A DNA stretch of 42,583 nucleotides. Origin: Candidatus Omnitrophota bacterium (lineage in GTDB: Bacteria > Omnitrophota > Gorgyraeia > 2-01-FULL-45-10 > JBDRSA01). This document shows positions 30,214 through 38,391 of this stretch, one piece after another. A program made the translations under genes and the position numbers. The notes beneath the pieces were generated by a model that saw nothing but the letters and a program-made list of their open reading frames with translations, made no database searches and had not been told where the DNA came from. The stretch spans positions 1-42,583 of the forward strand of contig JBDRSA010000025.1 of the NCBI GenBank assembly GCA_043825275.1. The letters are read 5' to 3'. Within the stretch, counting starts at the first letter, position 1. The number at the start of each line of letters is the position of its first letter.

Positions 30214-30759
30214 ATGAACCTGCGTGAAAAGACAAAAATACTGGACGCCGACGGCATAACGCGGTCGATCATGCGGATCGCGCATGAGATCCTGGAGAAG
30301 AACAAGAAGACCGAGCATCTCGTCATCGTCGGCATACGTAACCGCGGCGAATATATCGGCCGACGGATCGTCGACGCTATTAAGGAGATAGACGGTAAGA
30401 CGATCCCCTTCGGCATTCTCGATATCACGCTCTACCGGGACGATCTTACGGAGGTGGCGGAACAACCGGTCCTGAAACAGACGATGATCGATTTCGACAT
30501 TACCGGCAAACGCGTCATCCTGGTCGATGACGTGCTCTTTACAGGGCGGACGATCCGGTGCGCGATGGATGAATTGATCGACTTCGGGCGGCCGGCGGCG
30601 ATCCAGCTCGCCGTCCTGATCGACCGGGGGCACCGCGAGCTTCCGATCCGGGCCGACTATGTCGGCAAGAACGTGCCGACGGCGTTCAACGAAGCCGTTG
30701 AAGTTAAGCTCAAAGAGATCGACACTATCGATGAAGCGGTCATATGCGTGAAAGAGTAG
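30214..30759 (+). CDS. pyrR: Bifunctional pyrimidine operon regulator / uracil phosphoribosyltransferase
   Basis: 181 aa. [18 protein letters not shown] and the PRPP motif [19 protein letters not shown] are present. It sits first in the pyr operon behind a PyrR box. Confidence 0.9.
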   Translation: MNLREKTKILDADGITRSIMRIAHEILEKNKKTEHLVIVGIRNRGEYIGRRIVDAIKEIDGKTIPFGILDITLYRDDLTEVAEQPVLKQTMIDFDITGKRVILVDDVLFTGRTIRCAMDELIDFGRPAAIQLAVLIDRGHRELPIRADYVGKNVPTAFNEAVEVKLKEIDTIDEAVICVKE

Positions 30760-31745
30760 CGAACAAACGGAATGGAAATTCAGCGAAGGGAAATCCCGTC
30801 CCATCGAGAAAGGTCCCGCTTTGGACGAAAAAAGATCTTTTGGGCCTCGAGTACCTGACGAAGGAAGAGATAACGCTCGTCCTCGATAACGCGCGTTCGT
30901 TCAAAGAAGTCCTCGCGCGGCCCTTGAGAAAAGTCCCCACCTTGCGCGGTAAGACCGTTGTGAACCTCTTCTACGAACCGTCGACGAGGACCCGTGTATC
31001 GTTCGAGCTCGCCGCGAAGCGTCTCTCCGCCGATGTTATCAACATCCTGAAAGAATCCTCGAGTATCCAGAAGGGCGAGACGCTTATTGACACCGGAAGA
31101 AATCTCGAGGCGCTCAAGACGGATATTATCGTGGTGCGCCACAACTGTTCGGGCGCGGCGATGATGCTCGCCCGTTCGGTCAATATCAGCGTCGTCAATG
31201 CCGGCGACGGCTGGCACGAACATCCGACGCAAGGATTGCTCGATATTTTTACCCTGCGTGAAAAGCGCGGCCGTATCGACGGGCTCAATGTCAGTATTAT
31301 CGGCGATATCGCGCACTCGCGTGTCGCGCGTTCGAATATATGGGGACTCACGAAGCTCGGCGCGAACGTCACCGTCTGCGCGCCCGAAAAATTGGTCCCG
31401 ACCGGCATCGAGAAGCTCGACGTGCGCGTCACCAATAGCGTCGACGAGGCGATCCGGGGCGCCGACGCGATCAACGTTCTCAGAATGCAGTTCGAGCGGG
31501 ATACCGCCGACGCGTTCCCTTCCAAGATAGAGTACTTCAAGGCCTTCGGCGTGACGGAAGCGCGCCTGGCGAAGGCGAAGAACGATATTATCGTTATGCA
31601 TCCCGGCCCGATCAACCGGGGCGTCGAGATCGCCGCCGAGGTCGCGGATAATTCGAATTCGGTAATTTTGGAACAAGTCACCAACGGTATCGCCGTGCGC
31701 ATGGCGGTGCTGTATTTAGTCGCGCACGCGAAAAAGAGTCAATAG
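30744..31745 (+). CDS. pyrB: Aspartate carbamoyltransferase catalytic subunit
   Basis: 333 aa. [13 protein letters not shown] and [10 protein letters not shown] signatures are present. It overlaps the end of pyrR by 16 nt and has a roughly 25-aa basic N-terminal extension relative to typical PyrB. Confidence 0.9.
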   Translation: MRERVANKRNGNSAKGNPVPSRKVPLWTKKDLLGLEYLTKEEITLVLDNARSFKEVLARPLRKVPTLRGKTVVNLFYEPSTRTRVSFELAAKRLSADVINILKESSSIQKGETLIDTGRNLEALKTDIIVVRHNCSGAAMMLARSVNISVVNAGDGWHEHPTQGLLDIFTLREKRGRIDGLNVSIIGDIAHSRVARSNIWGLTKLGANVTVCAPEKLVPTGIEKLDVRVTNSVDEAIRGADAINVLRMQFERDTADAFPSKIEYFKAFGVTEARLAKAKNDIIVMHPGPINRGVEIAAEVADNSNSVILEQVTNGIAVRMAVLYLVAHAKKSQ

Positions 31746-31807
31746 TCCACAGTCGACAATTGATAGTTTAAATTACGGTTTACGGTGTACGGTTAATGGT
31801 TTACGGT
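31746..31807. repeat. Heptamer arrays directly after the pyrB stop
   Basis: tccacag tcgacaa ttgatag at 31746-31766. ttacggt ttacggt gtacggt taatggt ttacggt at 31773-31807 (the reverse complement of the accgtaa family seen inside G1, G2 and pyrK). Confidence 0.8.
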
Positions 31808-31903
31808 CAAAAAATCGGAAAAGACAGCTAATGGGCTCAGGAGGAAATCAACGTTGAAATCACGCAGATTGCGCTACCGATCGTTTTTTAGTTTTTATTC
31901 CTT

Positions 31904-31959
31904 TACCGTACACCGTACACCGTTAACCATAAACCGTATTAGACTTTGGACTATCGACT
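31904..31959. repeat. Eight-unit heptamer array abutting the pyrC start codon
   Basis: taccgta caccgta caccgtt aaccata aaccgta ttagact ttggact atcgact, then ATG (31960). No Shine-Dalgarno-like purine run is visible. Confidence 0.8.
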
Positions 31960-33258
31960 ATGAGTAATTCCGATATTCTTATAAAGAACGGCAGAGTCGT
32001 TGATCCGGCCAACGGCCGGGACGGGGCGTTCGACGTGCTGATCACAGGAGGCCGGATCACGAAGGTCGAAAAGGGGATCACCAAGAAGAGCGCTGTCGTG
32101 ATCGACGCCTCCGGCATGATCGTAACGCCGGGCCTGATCGACATGCATGTCCATCTGCGAGAGCCCGGCAGGGAAGATATCGAAACGGTCCGCTCGGGTA
32201 CGCGCACCGCCGCCGCCGGCGGGATAACCTCGGTCTGCGCGATGCCCAACACGATGCCGCCGATCGATACCGGTCAGATGGTGCGTCATCTTGCCGGGAT
32301 CATCAAGAAAGACGCCGCGGCGAATGTCTATATCGTCGGCGCCGTCACGCGGCATCGTGAAGGCAGGGAGATCGTCGATATCGGATCGATCAAGCGGGAA
32401 GGCGCGATCGCGCTGTCCGACGACGGCAACTCCGTACAGGACGCGTCCGTGATGTCGGCGGCTCTCGAAAAAGCGCGCGATCAGGCGATGCTTATTATTT
32501 CCCACTGCGAAGATACGGCGATCTCGAAGAACGGCGTCGTGAACGAAGGGATCATCGCGACGAAGCTGGGTTTGCGGAGCATACCGAAGCGTTCCGAATA
32601 TGAGTTCGTCAAGCGGGATATCGAACTCGCGAAGAAGGCGAACGCCAGGATCCATATCGCGCACGTGAGCTGCAAAGAATCGGTCGAGATCATCCGCGCC
32701 GCCAAGAAGGACGGCGTCGCAGTCACCGCCGAGACCGCGCCGCACTATTTTACCCTGTATGACGAATACTGCTCAAAATACGATACTCGGACAAAGATGA
32801 ACCCGCCGCTCCGGTCGACTGATGACGTCAAGGCGGTCATCAGGGGGCTGGCCGATGGAACGATCGACGCGATCGCCTCCGATCACGCGCCGCACGGGAA
32901 ACACGAGAAGGAGATCGAGTTCGAATTCGCGGCGTTCGGTATCATCGGCCTCGAGACACTCCTGCCTTTGTCGATCTCCCAGCTTATTGACCATGAAGTC
33001 GTTACCTGGAGCCGGCTCGTCGAGCTCGTTGCGGCGAATCCGGCGAAGATACTGGGGCGCGTCAAAAAAGGGAGCCTTTCAGTCGGCAGCGACGCCGATA
33101 TTACGGTCATCGACCCGCATTGTCCGTGGGAATATCTGAAAGAAGATATTGTTTCTCAGAGCAAGAATTCACCGTTTATTGACTGGCAGATGTCAGCACG
33201 GGCGCGCGACGTGATCGTCGGGGGGAAGATCGTGCTTCGCAATAGTGCGTTGGTGTAA
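31960..33258 (+). CDS. pyrC: Dihydroorotase
   Basis: 432 aa. ILIKNGRVVDP...TPGLIDMHVHLREPG, then AIASDHAPH. Typical class I DHOase in pyr operon context. Confidence 0.9.
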   Translation: MSNSDILIKNGRVVDPANGRDGAFDVLITGGRITKVEKGITKKSAVVIDASGMIVTPGLIDMHVHLREPGREDIETVRSGTRTAAAGGITSVCAMPNTMPPIDTGQMVRHLAGIIKKDAAANVYIVGAVTRHREGREIVDIGSIKREGAIALSDDGNSVQDASVMSAALEKARDQAMLIISHCEDTAISKNGVVNEGIIATKLGLRSIPKRSEYEFVKRDIELAKKANARIHIAHVSCKESVEIIRAAKKDGVAVTAETAPHYFTLYDEYCSKYDTRTKMNPPLRSTDDVKAVIRGLADGTIDAIASDHAPHGKHEKEIEFEFAAFGIIGLETLLPLSISQLIDHEVVTWSRLVELVAANPAKILGRVKKGSLSVGSDADITVIDPHCPWEYLKEDIVSQSKNSPFIDWQMSARARDVIVGGKIVLRNSALV

Positions 33259-33305
33259 GGTTATTTGGTTTGTTGCGGTATAAGTTATCGAGCTAACTCC
33301 TGGAC

Positions 33306-33400
33306 GTCATTGCGAACCCCGGCGAAGTCGGGGTGAAGCAATCTCAGTCAGAATTACCAAAAAGCGAGATTGCTTCGTCGCTAGCGCTCCTCGCAATGAC
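33306..33400. repeat. MITE-like element, short copy E4
   Basis: gtcattgcgaa-ccccggcgaagtcgggg-tgaagcaatctc-agtcagaattaccaaaaagc-gagattgcttcg-tcgctagcgctc-ctcgcaatgac. Confidence 0.85.
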
Positions 33401-33422
33401 GAAGGGAGAGTAATAACAAAAT

Positions 33423-34388
33423 ATGAGTAACTCCATGAAGCAGATCAACGCGAAGATACTCAAGAACCAACAAGTCGGCGGTGATTACCGCAAGATGACC
33501 CTGGCGGCGCCGGCTATTGCCCGGAAGATCGCGCCGGGACAGTTTGTGCACGTTCTGTGTTCGAATTCCGCCGAACCGCTCCTCAGGAGGCCGTTCAGTA
33601 TGCATCGAGTAAGTCACCAGTCACCAGTCACCAGTCACCAGAAAAAGCGAAAAAATGAAAATTCCGGAACTATAGAAATACTTTATGAGATTGTGGGAAA
33701 AGGAACAGAGATCTTATCAAAAAAGAGATCCGGCGAATTTCTCGACATCATCGGTCCGCTCGGAAACGGGTTTTTTATACCGAAAACCGTTAACCGTAAA
33801 CCGGAAACCTCGATCTTGATCGCCGGCGGTATGGGTGTCGCGCCGCTCGTCGCGCTTGCGGAAGGATTAGTTCATAGTTCAAAGTTCATAGTTCATAGTA
33901 AAAAGAAGAAAAGAGAAGAAAATATTATCGTCCTGATCGGGGCGAAGACGAAAAACCATATTTTATGCGAGAAAGATTTTAAAAAGCTAGGCGCGAAAGT
34001 TCTTGTATCGACCGAGGATGGCTCGAAGGGGGGGAAAGGGCTTGTTACGACTCAGCTTGATCTTTCACTGTCAACTATGAACTATGAACTATCGACTATT
34101 TTCGCCTGCGGCCCCAACCCGATGCTTCAGGCGGTTTCGATGCTCGCCGCGAAGTACAATATCCGCTGTCAGGTATCGCTCGAAGGGCGGATGGCTTGCG
34201 GCGTCGGTGTTTGTTTAGGATGCCCGGTAAAGATTAAGTCCACAGTCGACAGTCCACAGTCGACAGAAAGAAAATTGAGAAAGCGCGATGTATCGGACGA
34301 CGGACGACGGACGACGGACGACGGATATATGATGGTCTGCAAAGACGGCCCGGTCTTTGACGCTGACCGCATCGACTGGGAGGAGTAG
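33423..34388 (+). CDS. pyrK: Dihydroorotate dehydrogenase electron-transfer (FAD / 2Fe-2S) subunit, carrying several in-frame repeat insertions
   Basis: 321 aa against about 255-260 aa for typical PyrK. The conserved core is present: PGQFVHV, LLRRPFS, GPLGNGF, IAGGMGVAPL, ACGPNPML, MACGVGVCLGC...VCKDGPVF. The extra segments coincide with the heptamer cassettes. Confidence 0.85.
   Translation: MSNSMKQINAKILKNQQVGGDYRKMTLAAPAIARKIAPGQFVHVLCSNSAEPLLRRPFSMHRVSHQSPVTSHQKKRKNENSGTIEILYEIVGKGTEILSKKRSGEFLDIIGPLGNGFFIPKTVNRKPETSILIAGGMGVAPLVALAEGLVHSSKFIVHSKKKKREENIIVLIGAKTKNHILCEKDFKKLGAKVLVSTEDGSKGGKGLVTTQLDLSLSTMNYELSTIFACGPNPMLQAVSMLAAKYNIRCQVSLEGRMACGVGVCLGCPVKIKSTVDSPQSTERKLRKRDVSDDGRRTTDDGYMMVCKDGPVFDADRIDWEE
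33612..33641 (+). repeat. 30-nt heptamer cassette inside pyrK
   Basis: agtcacc x4 (perfect) + ag; encodes SHQSPVTSHQ. Confidence 0.9.
33783..33809 (+). repeat. accgtaa-family array inside pyrK
   Basis: aaaaccgttaaccgtaaaccggaaacc; encodes KTVNRKPE. Confidence 0.7.
33869..33898 (+). repeat. 30-nt heptamer cassette inside pyrK
   Basis: agttcat agttcaa agttcat agttcat ag; encodes VHSSKFIVHS. The same family occurs in G2 at 15016 and 17011. Confidence 0.9.
34067..34101 (+). repeat. Heptamer array inside pyrK
   Basis: cactgtc aactatg aactatg aactatc gactatt. Confidence 0.75.
34237..34266 (+). repeat. 30-nt heptamer cassette inside the pyrK Fe-S loop
   Basis: agtccac agtcgac agtccac agtcgac ag; encodes STVDSPQST. 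Confidence 0.9.
34294..34325 (+). repeat. Perfect heptamer array inside the pyrK Fe-S loop
   Basis: cggacga x4 + cgga; encodes SDDGRRTTDDG. Confidence 0.9.
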
Positions 34389-34391
34389 CCG

Positions 34392-34973
34392 GTGAAACCT
34401 CTCCGCCCGACCGATATCGACGGAAAGAAGCTGAGCGTTACACTGGGAGTGCTCATGATAGCCCTTGTTGTCATGATCGGCCTGTCGGTCTTTATGGGAA
34501 GGACGCTTGAGGAATTGGACCGACAGAAAGAAGAGATCCGCAATAAGATCGATACGGGTCTTATCTTCATCTTCGTCAAGAATAAATACCGGAAGATCGG
34601 CGGCAGGAAGACGGTCTACCTCGATGAGCCGTTTGAGGCGCAGACGGTGAATACGCTCGCGCCGGCTATCTATCAGGGCAACAGGATGCCCGTCGGTATC
34701 AAGAAAGTGTATCTGACGGTCCCTCCCAATGTGGAGATATTCACCGGCGGCGAAAAGGGCAGGTTCTGGAGCCCGGTGGGCCGTCAGAACGCGAAAGAAG
34801 TGTTTGTCGTCATCAGAGAAACAATACCGCCGCGCAGCTCGATGAAGCTTCCCCTTGTTAATATGGTCTTTAAAACCGGAGGGACCTACGCGCTTCGCTA
34901 TCTGATCGTTCTTGAGAACGGAGTAACAGTAACCGACAGCGGAAATCTTCAGGTGCTTGAGAGGGAGTTGTAA
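34392..34973 (+). CDS. Hypothetical single-pass membrane protein wedged between pyrK and pyrD
   Basis: 193-aa ORF (GTG start) that exactly fills the pyrK-pyrD gap. It has one N-terminal TM helix (LSVTLGVLMIALVVMIGLSVFM). No family recognised. Confidence 0.5.
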   Translation: MKPLRPTDIDGKKLSVTLGVLMIALVVMIGLSVFMGRTLEELDRQKEEIRNKIDTGLIFIFVKNKYRKIGGRKTVYLDEPFEAQTVNTLAPAIYQGNRMPVGIKKVYLTVPPNVEIFTGGEKGRFWSPVGRQNAKEVFVVIRETIPPRSSMKLPLVNMVFKTGGTYALRYLIVLENGVTVTDSGNLQVLEREL

Positions 34974-34974
34974 G

Positions 34975-35913
34975 ATGGGCCGGACACAAGGAACCATGAA
35001 AACCGCTCTACGGGTAACAATCGGAAAACTGACATTTCCAAATCCCGTTATGGCCGCCTCCGGCACCTTTGGCGTCGGCGAAGAGTACGGCGCGTTCTTC
35101 CGTATCGGATCACTCGGCGCGATCGTTACAAAAACGATCACGCTCAAACCCCGAATCGGGAATCCGCCGGACCGCGTTGTTGAAACATCATCAGGGATGC
35201 TCAATTCGATCGGGCTTGAAAATAAAGGGCTCAGGGGGTTTCTCGAAAGTTCGCTTCCGTTCCTGAAGAAGCTCACCGTGCCGGTCATTGTCAGTATCGC
35301 CGGTGAATCGGCGCGCGAATTTGCCGAACTGACGCGGTCTCTTGACGATGTGCGGCGTGTCGCGGCCGTTGAACTGAACCTTTCGTGCCCGAATGTCGGC
35401 CATACGACGCGGATGATGGCGCAGGATGAGAAAGCGGCGTTCAGTGTTGTGCGCGCGGCGAAACAGAGCGCGCGGCGTATCGGCGTTATCGCGAAGCTCT
35501 CGCCGAAGGTGACCGATATCGGAGCGATCGCGTATGCCGCGGAGCGCGCCGGCGCCGACGCGGTCAGCCTGATCAATACGGTCCCGGGCGTCGCGATCGA
35601 TATTCATTCGAAGCGGTCGAGGCTCGGGATGCCGTCGGGCGGATTGAGCGGCCCGGCGATAAAGCCGATCGCGCTGGAAGCGGTACGGGAAGCGCGCCGG
35701 GCGGTCGATATCCCGATCATCGGCGTCGGCGGGATCATGACCGCCGAAGACGCGATCGAATTTATCCTCTGCGGCGCGAGCGCCGTTCAGGTCGGCACGG
35801 CGAGTTTCGTAAACCCGAAAGCGGCGCTTGAAGTGCTCGAGGGAATAAAGAAGTACGCGGCGAAACAGAATGTTAGAAACATTAGCGAATTGGTAGGAGC
35901 GGCGTGGGATTAG
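34975..35913 (+). CDS. pyrD: Dihydroorotate dehydrogenase B, catalytic subunit
   Basis: The ORF track starts at TTG 34957. ATG 34975 follows the upstream stop directly, and ATG 34996 is also possible. FPNPVMAASGTFG, NSIGLEN, ELNLSCPNV and GGLSGPAIKP are class 1B DHOD motifs. Confidence 0.9.
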   Translation: MGRTQGTMKTALRVTIGKLTFPNPVMAASGTFGVGEEYGAFFRIGSLGAIVTKTITLKPRIGNPPDRVVETSSGMLNSIGLENKGLRGFLESSLPFLKKLTVPVIVSIAGESAREFAELTRSLDDVRRVAAVELNLSCPNVGHTTRMMAQDEKAAFSVVRAAKQSARRIGVIAKLSPKVTDIGAIAYAAERAGADAVSLINTVPGVAIDIHSKRSRLGMPSGGLSGPAIKPIALEAVREARRAVDIPIIGVGGIMTAEDAIEFILCGASAVQVGTASFVNPKAALEVLEGIKKYAAKQNVRNISELVGAAWD

Positions 35914-36020
35914 GAGGATTACAGGCAATATCACTTGTGACTTTATAGAAGGCATCGCTCGTGTCTGAATTAGACCGTGACTATCGACGGTAAATTGATT
36001 TTGAGATTCGATTCCATATT

Positions 36021-36230
36021 GTCATTGCGAGCGAGCCCGCGATGACAATGCAATAGCATGTCTTTGCGAGGAGTGATAGCAGACGGATGAACGCATTACT
36101 TTTTTGTCATTGCGAGGAGTCGCGACACCGAAGGTGGCGGACGACGAAGCAATCTCCCGAGCGAAGCGAGGGTCTTTATTGGTAATTCTGACTGAGATTG
36201 CTTCCCCCGCCTGGGCGGGGTCGCAATGAC
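36021..36230. repeat. MITE-like element cluster E5 (mini-hairpin, partial copy and full copy)
   Basis: gtcattgcgagcgagcccgcgatgac at 36021-36046. catgtctttgcgaggagtgatagc starts at 36057 (compare E7). The full copy spans 36106-36230: gtcattgcgaggagtcgcgacaccgaaggtggcggacgac-gaagcaatctc-ccgagcgaagcgagggtctttattggtaattctgact-gagattgcttc-ccccgcctgggcgggg-tcgcaatgac. Confidence 0.85.
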
Positions 36231-36293
36231 GAAACTTTCTATTTGTTATGTGCAACGTATCTATTTTGAACAGCAGTAAAAAGGTATAAAACT

Positions 36294-37010
36294 ATGAAGC
36301 CTGAAGACAGACTCATCGTCTCCCTCGATCTCGATTCCGAAACAAAGATCCTCGAGATGGCCGGAAAGCTGCGGCCGGGCGTTACGAACGTTAAGATCGG
36401 CAGCGCCCCTTTTGTATCCTGCGGCGGCGCTATTATCGATAAACTGCGCGAAAAAGGCTGCCGGGTGTTTCTCGATCTGAAATTTCACGATATTCCGAAT
36501 ACCGTCGCGAGCGCGGTGCGCGCCGCGGTACGGCCGGGAGTTTTTATGATCAACGTGCATGCCTCGGGCGGCCTTGTCATGATGAAAGGCCTGAGAAGCA
36601 TCGCCGCGAAACGCGCGAAAGAGCTTAAGGTTCAGCGGCCGAAGATCGTAGCGGTGACGATCCTGACGAGCCTCGATCAGAAATCGCTCAAAATGCTTGG
36701 CATGCATGGTACAATACAAGATACCGTTGTGCGCCTGGCGAAGCTCGCCAAAGAGGCGGGACTCGACGGGGTGGTCTGCTCCCCGAATGAAATTACCGCC
36801 GTCAGAAAAGCTGCCGGGAGGAATTTCCTGATCGTTACGCCGGGAGTGCGGCCCGCGTGGGCAAAGGCGAATGATCAGTTGCGCGTCATGGCGCCGTCAG
36901 GCGCGCTCAAGGCGGGATCCGACTATATCGTTATCGGAAGGCCCATTATCGCCTCGGCCGATCCGAAAGCCGCCGCTTTGAGGATATTGAAGGAGATGCG
37001 CTCAGCATGA
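36294..37010 (+). CDS. pyrF: Orotidine 5'-phosphate decarboxylase
   Basis: 238 aa. LIVSLDL, FLDLKFHDIPNTV and the C-terminal IVIGRPI motifs are present. Confidence 0.9.
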   Translation: MKPEDRLIVSLDLDSETKILEMAGKLRPGVTNVKIGSAPFVSCGGAIIDKLREKGCRVFLDLKFHDIPNTVASAVRAAVRPGVFMINVHASGGLVMMKGLRSIAAKRAKELKVQRPKIVAVTILTSLDQKSLKMLGMHGTIQDTVVRLAKLAKEAGLDGVVCSPNEITAVRKAAGRNFLIVTPGVRPAWAKANDQLRVMAPSGALKAGSDYIVIGRPIIASADPKAAALRILKEMRSA

Positions 37011-37576
37011 ACGAAGAGAAGGTGTTAGATATCCTGAAAGAGAACCAGGCGCTGCTCGAAGGGCATTTCAAGCTCTCAAGCGGACTCCATAGCGACGGCT
37101 ACGTTCAATGCGCGCTCGTCCTGCAGTATCCCGACGTGGCGGAGCAATTATCGCGGCGGCTTTCGGATATGCTCAGCGATATCACCATAGACGCTGTTAT
37201 CGGCCCGGCGCTCGGCGGCGTGACTTTTGCCTATGAGGTGGCCCGGCAGCTCGGCGTGCGGGGAATATTCGCCGAGCGGAAGAATGGGGCGATGGCGCTC
37301 AGGCGCGGGTTTTCTGTCGCGAAAGATGAGCGGATCCTCGTCGTCGAGGACGTGATAACGACCGGCGGGTCGGTCAAAGAGGTGATCGCGCTTGTCAGGT
37401 CGTTCGGAGCGATTCCGGTCGCGGTCGGGTCGATCATTGACCGTTCGGAAGGCGCGTTTCAATTCGACGGAGAGTTCAAGAGCTTAGCGAAGGTCCATTT
37501 GAAAACATACGCGGAGAAAGATTGCCCTTTGTGTAAAGAGAAGATCCCGATCGCGAAACCGGGTTCGAAGGGGTAG
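37007..37576 (+). CDS. pyrE: Orotate phosphoribosyltransferase
   Basis: 189 aa. PRPP-binding loop ILVVEDVITTGGS. A 4-nt overlap with pyrF. Confidence 0.9.
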   Translation: MNEEKVLDILKENQALLEGHFKLSSGLHSDGYVQCALVLQYPDVAEQLSRRLSDMLSDITIDAVIGPALGGVTFAYEVARQLGVRGIFAERKNGAMALRRGFSVAKDERILVVEDVITTGGSVKEVIALVRSFGAIPVAVGSIIDRSEGAFQFDGEFKSLAKVHLKTYAEKDCPLCKEKIPIAKPGSKG

Positions 37577-37616
37577 GGCAGGCACGAGAGGGGAAGAAGT
37601 GGCTGAATCTTTTTTC

Positions 37617-37731
37617 GTCATTGCGAGGAGTCTCGACACCGAAGGTGGCCGACGACGAAGCAATCTCAGTCAGAATTATCAAAAAGACCCTCGCTGCGCT
37701 CGGGAGATTGCTTCGCTTCGCTCGCAATGAC
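37617..37731. repeat. MITE-like element, copy E6 (central module inverted relative to E5)
   Basis: gtcattgcgaggagtctcgacaccgaaggtggccgacgac-gaagcaatctc-agtcagaattatcaaaaagaccctcgctgcgctcgg-gagattgcttc-gcttcg-ctcgcaatgac. Confidence 0.85.
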
Positions 37732-37773
37732 AACACTTTTAAGCAGAGTACCGTAAACCACAAGGAGTTACCC

Positions 37774-38391
37774 ATGACCATGGAACTGAACACATTGATC
37801 GAAAAAATAAAATCAGACGGCGTTGCCGCCGCCGAGAAGCGGTCCGGCGATATTATCGCCGACGCCAAGCGGCAGGCGAAGGAGATCGTCGACAATGCTC
37901 ACCGCGAAAAGGCAGCCGCTGTCGAACAGGCGAAGCTTGAGGCCGAACGACTTGAAGAGAGCGCGAAGCACGCGCTCAGGCAGGCGTCGCGCGACGTGCT
38001 TTTGTCGCTGCGCGGGAAGATCATCGAGCTTTTTGACGCGGTCGTTAAAGAAGAGGTCTCAAAAGAGCTTTCAGGCGACAACCTTCACCAGGTACTCATC
38101 AAGGTCGTTGAGAGTTTCGCGAAAGAGAAGGATGTCGATCTCGAGATCCTCTTGAGCGAAAAAGATAAGGATGCGCTTGAAAAGGCCCTGATGAAGTCGC
38201 TGAAGGACACCCTGCGAAAAGGCGTTACCCTGAAAGCGGCCTCGGGCCTCGAGCAGGGATTCCGTGTGGGCGAGAAGGACAAGAACTTCTACTACGATTT
38301 TACCGACGAGGCGGTCACCGAGACATTTATACGGTTCTTAAACCCGAAGGTCGCCCGGATCATAGCGGGAGCCGCCGGCAATGGCGAATAA
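37774..38391 (+). CDS. ntpE: V-type ATP synthase subunit E
   Basis: The ORF track starts at 37621, inside the repeat. I prefer ATG 37774, which has AAGGAG 7 nt upstream. The coiled-coil N-terminus (IEKIKSDGVAAAEKRSGDIIADAKRQAKEIV) and operon context fit subunit E. Confidence 0.75.
   Translation: MTMELNTLIEKIKSDGVAAAEKRSGDIIADAKRQAKEIVDNAHREKAAAVEQAKLEAERLEESAKHALRQASRDVLLSLRGKIIELFDAVVKEEVSKELSGDNLHQVLIKVVESFAKEKDVDLEILLSEKDKDALEKALMKSLKDTLRKGVTLKAASGLEQGFRVGEKDKNFYYDFTDEAVTETFIRFLNPKVARIIAGAAGNGE

Noticed and set aside
30002-30217. + strand 71-aa ORF in the pyr leader; also the N-terminal extension of the ntpE ORF (37621-37773) and the minus ORF at 25690-25911
   Set aside because: Each is translated straight through a palindromic repeat or hairpin element. 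The products are the usual repeat-derived peptides (e.g. ...CFPRQGGVAMT). ATG 37774 with its AAGGAG is the better ntpE start.
30780-31702. Long minus-strand ORFs (298 and 243 aa) antisense to pyrB
   Set aside because: They lie entirely inside a confidently identified pyrB. They are Arg/Gly/Asp-rich shadow ORFs typical of GC-rich coding sequence, with no recognisable motifs.
31951-32745. Minus-strand 264-aa ORF antisense to pyrC; similar cases at 40760-41507 (antisense to ntpB) and 27534-27992 and 28371-28796 (antisense to glmS)
   Set aside because: All are embedded in strongly supported + strand housekeeping genes. No independent support.
33612-34325. Heptamer arrays as slipped-strand phase-variation switches
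   Set aside because: Most arrays are degenerate, which suppresses slippage. They also occur in an essential biosynthetic gene (pyrK) and in non-coding positions. A contingency-locus role is therefore unlikely, although the perfect arrays at 33612 and 34294 could still be length-polymorphic.
34215-35955. Minus-strand ORFs of 453 and 254 aa overlapping the pyrK end, the orphan ORF and pyrD
   Set aside because: They are antisense to pyrD, which has all the class 1B DHOD motifs. They are low-complexity and Arg/Ser/Ala-rich, so I treat them as shadow ORFs.
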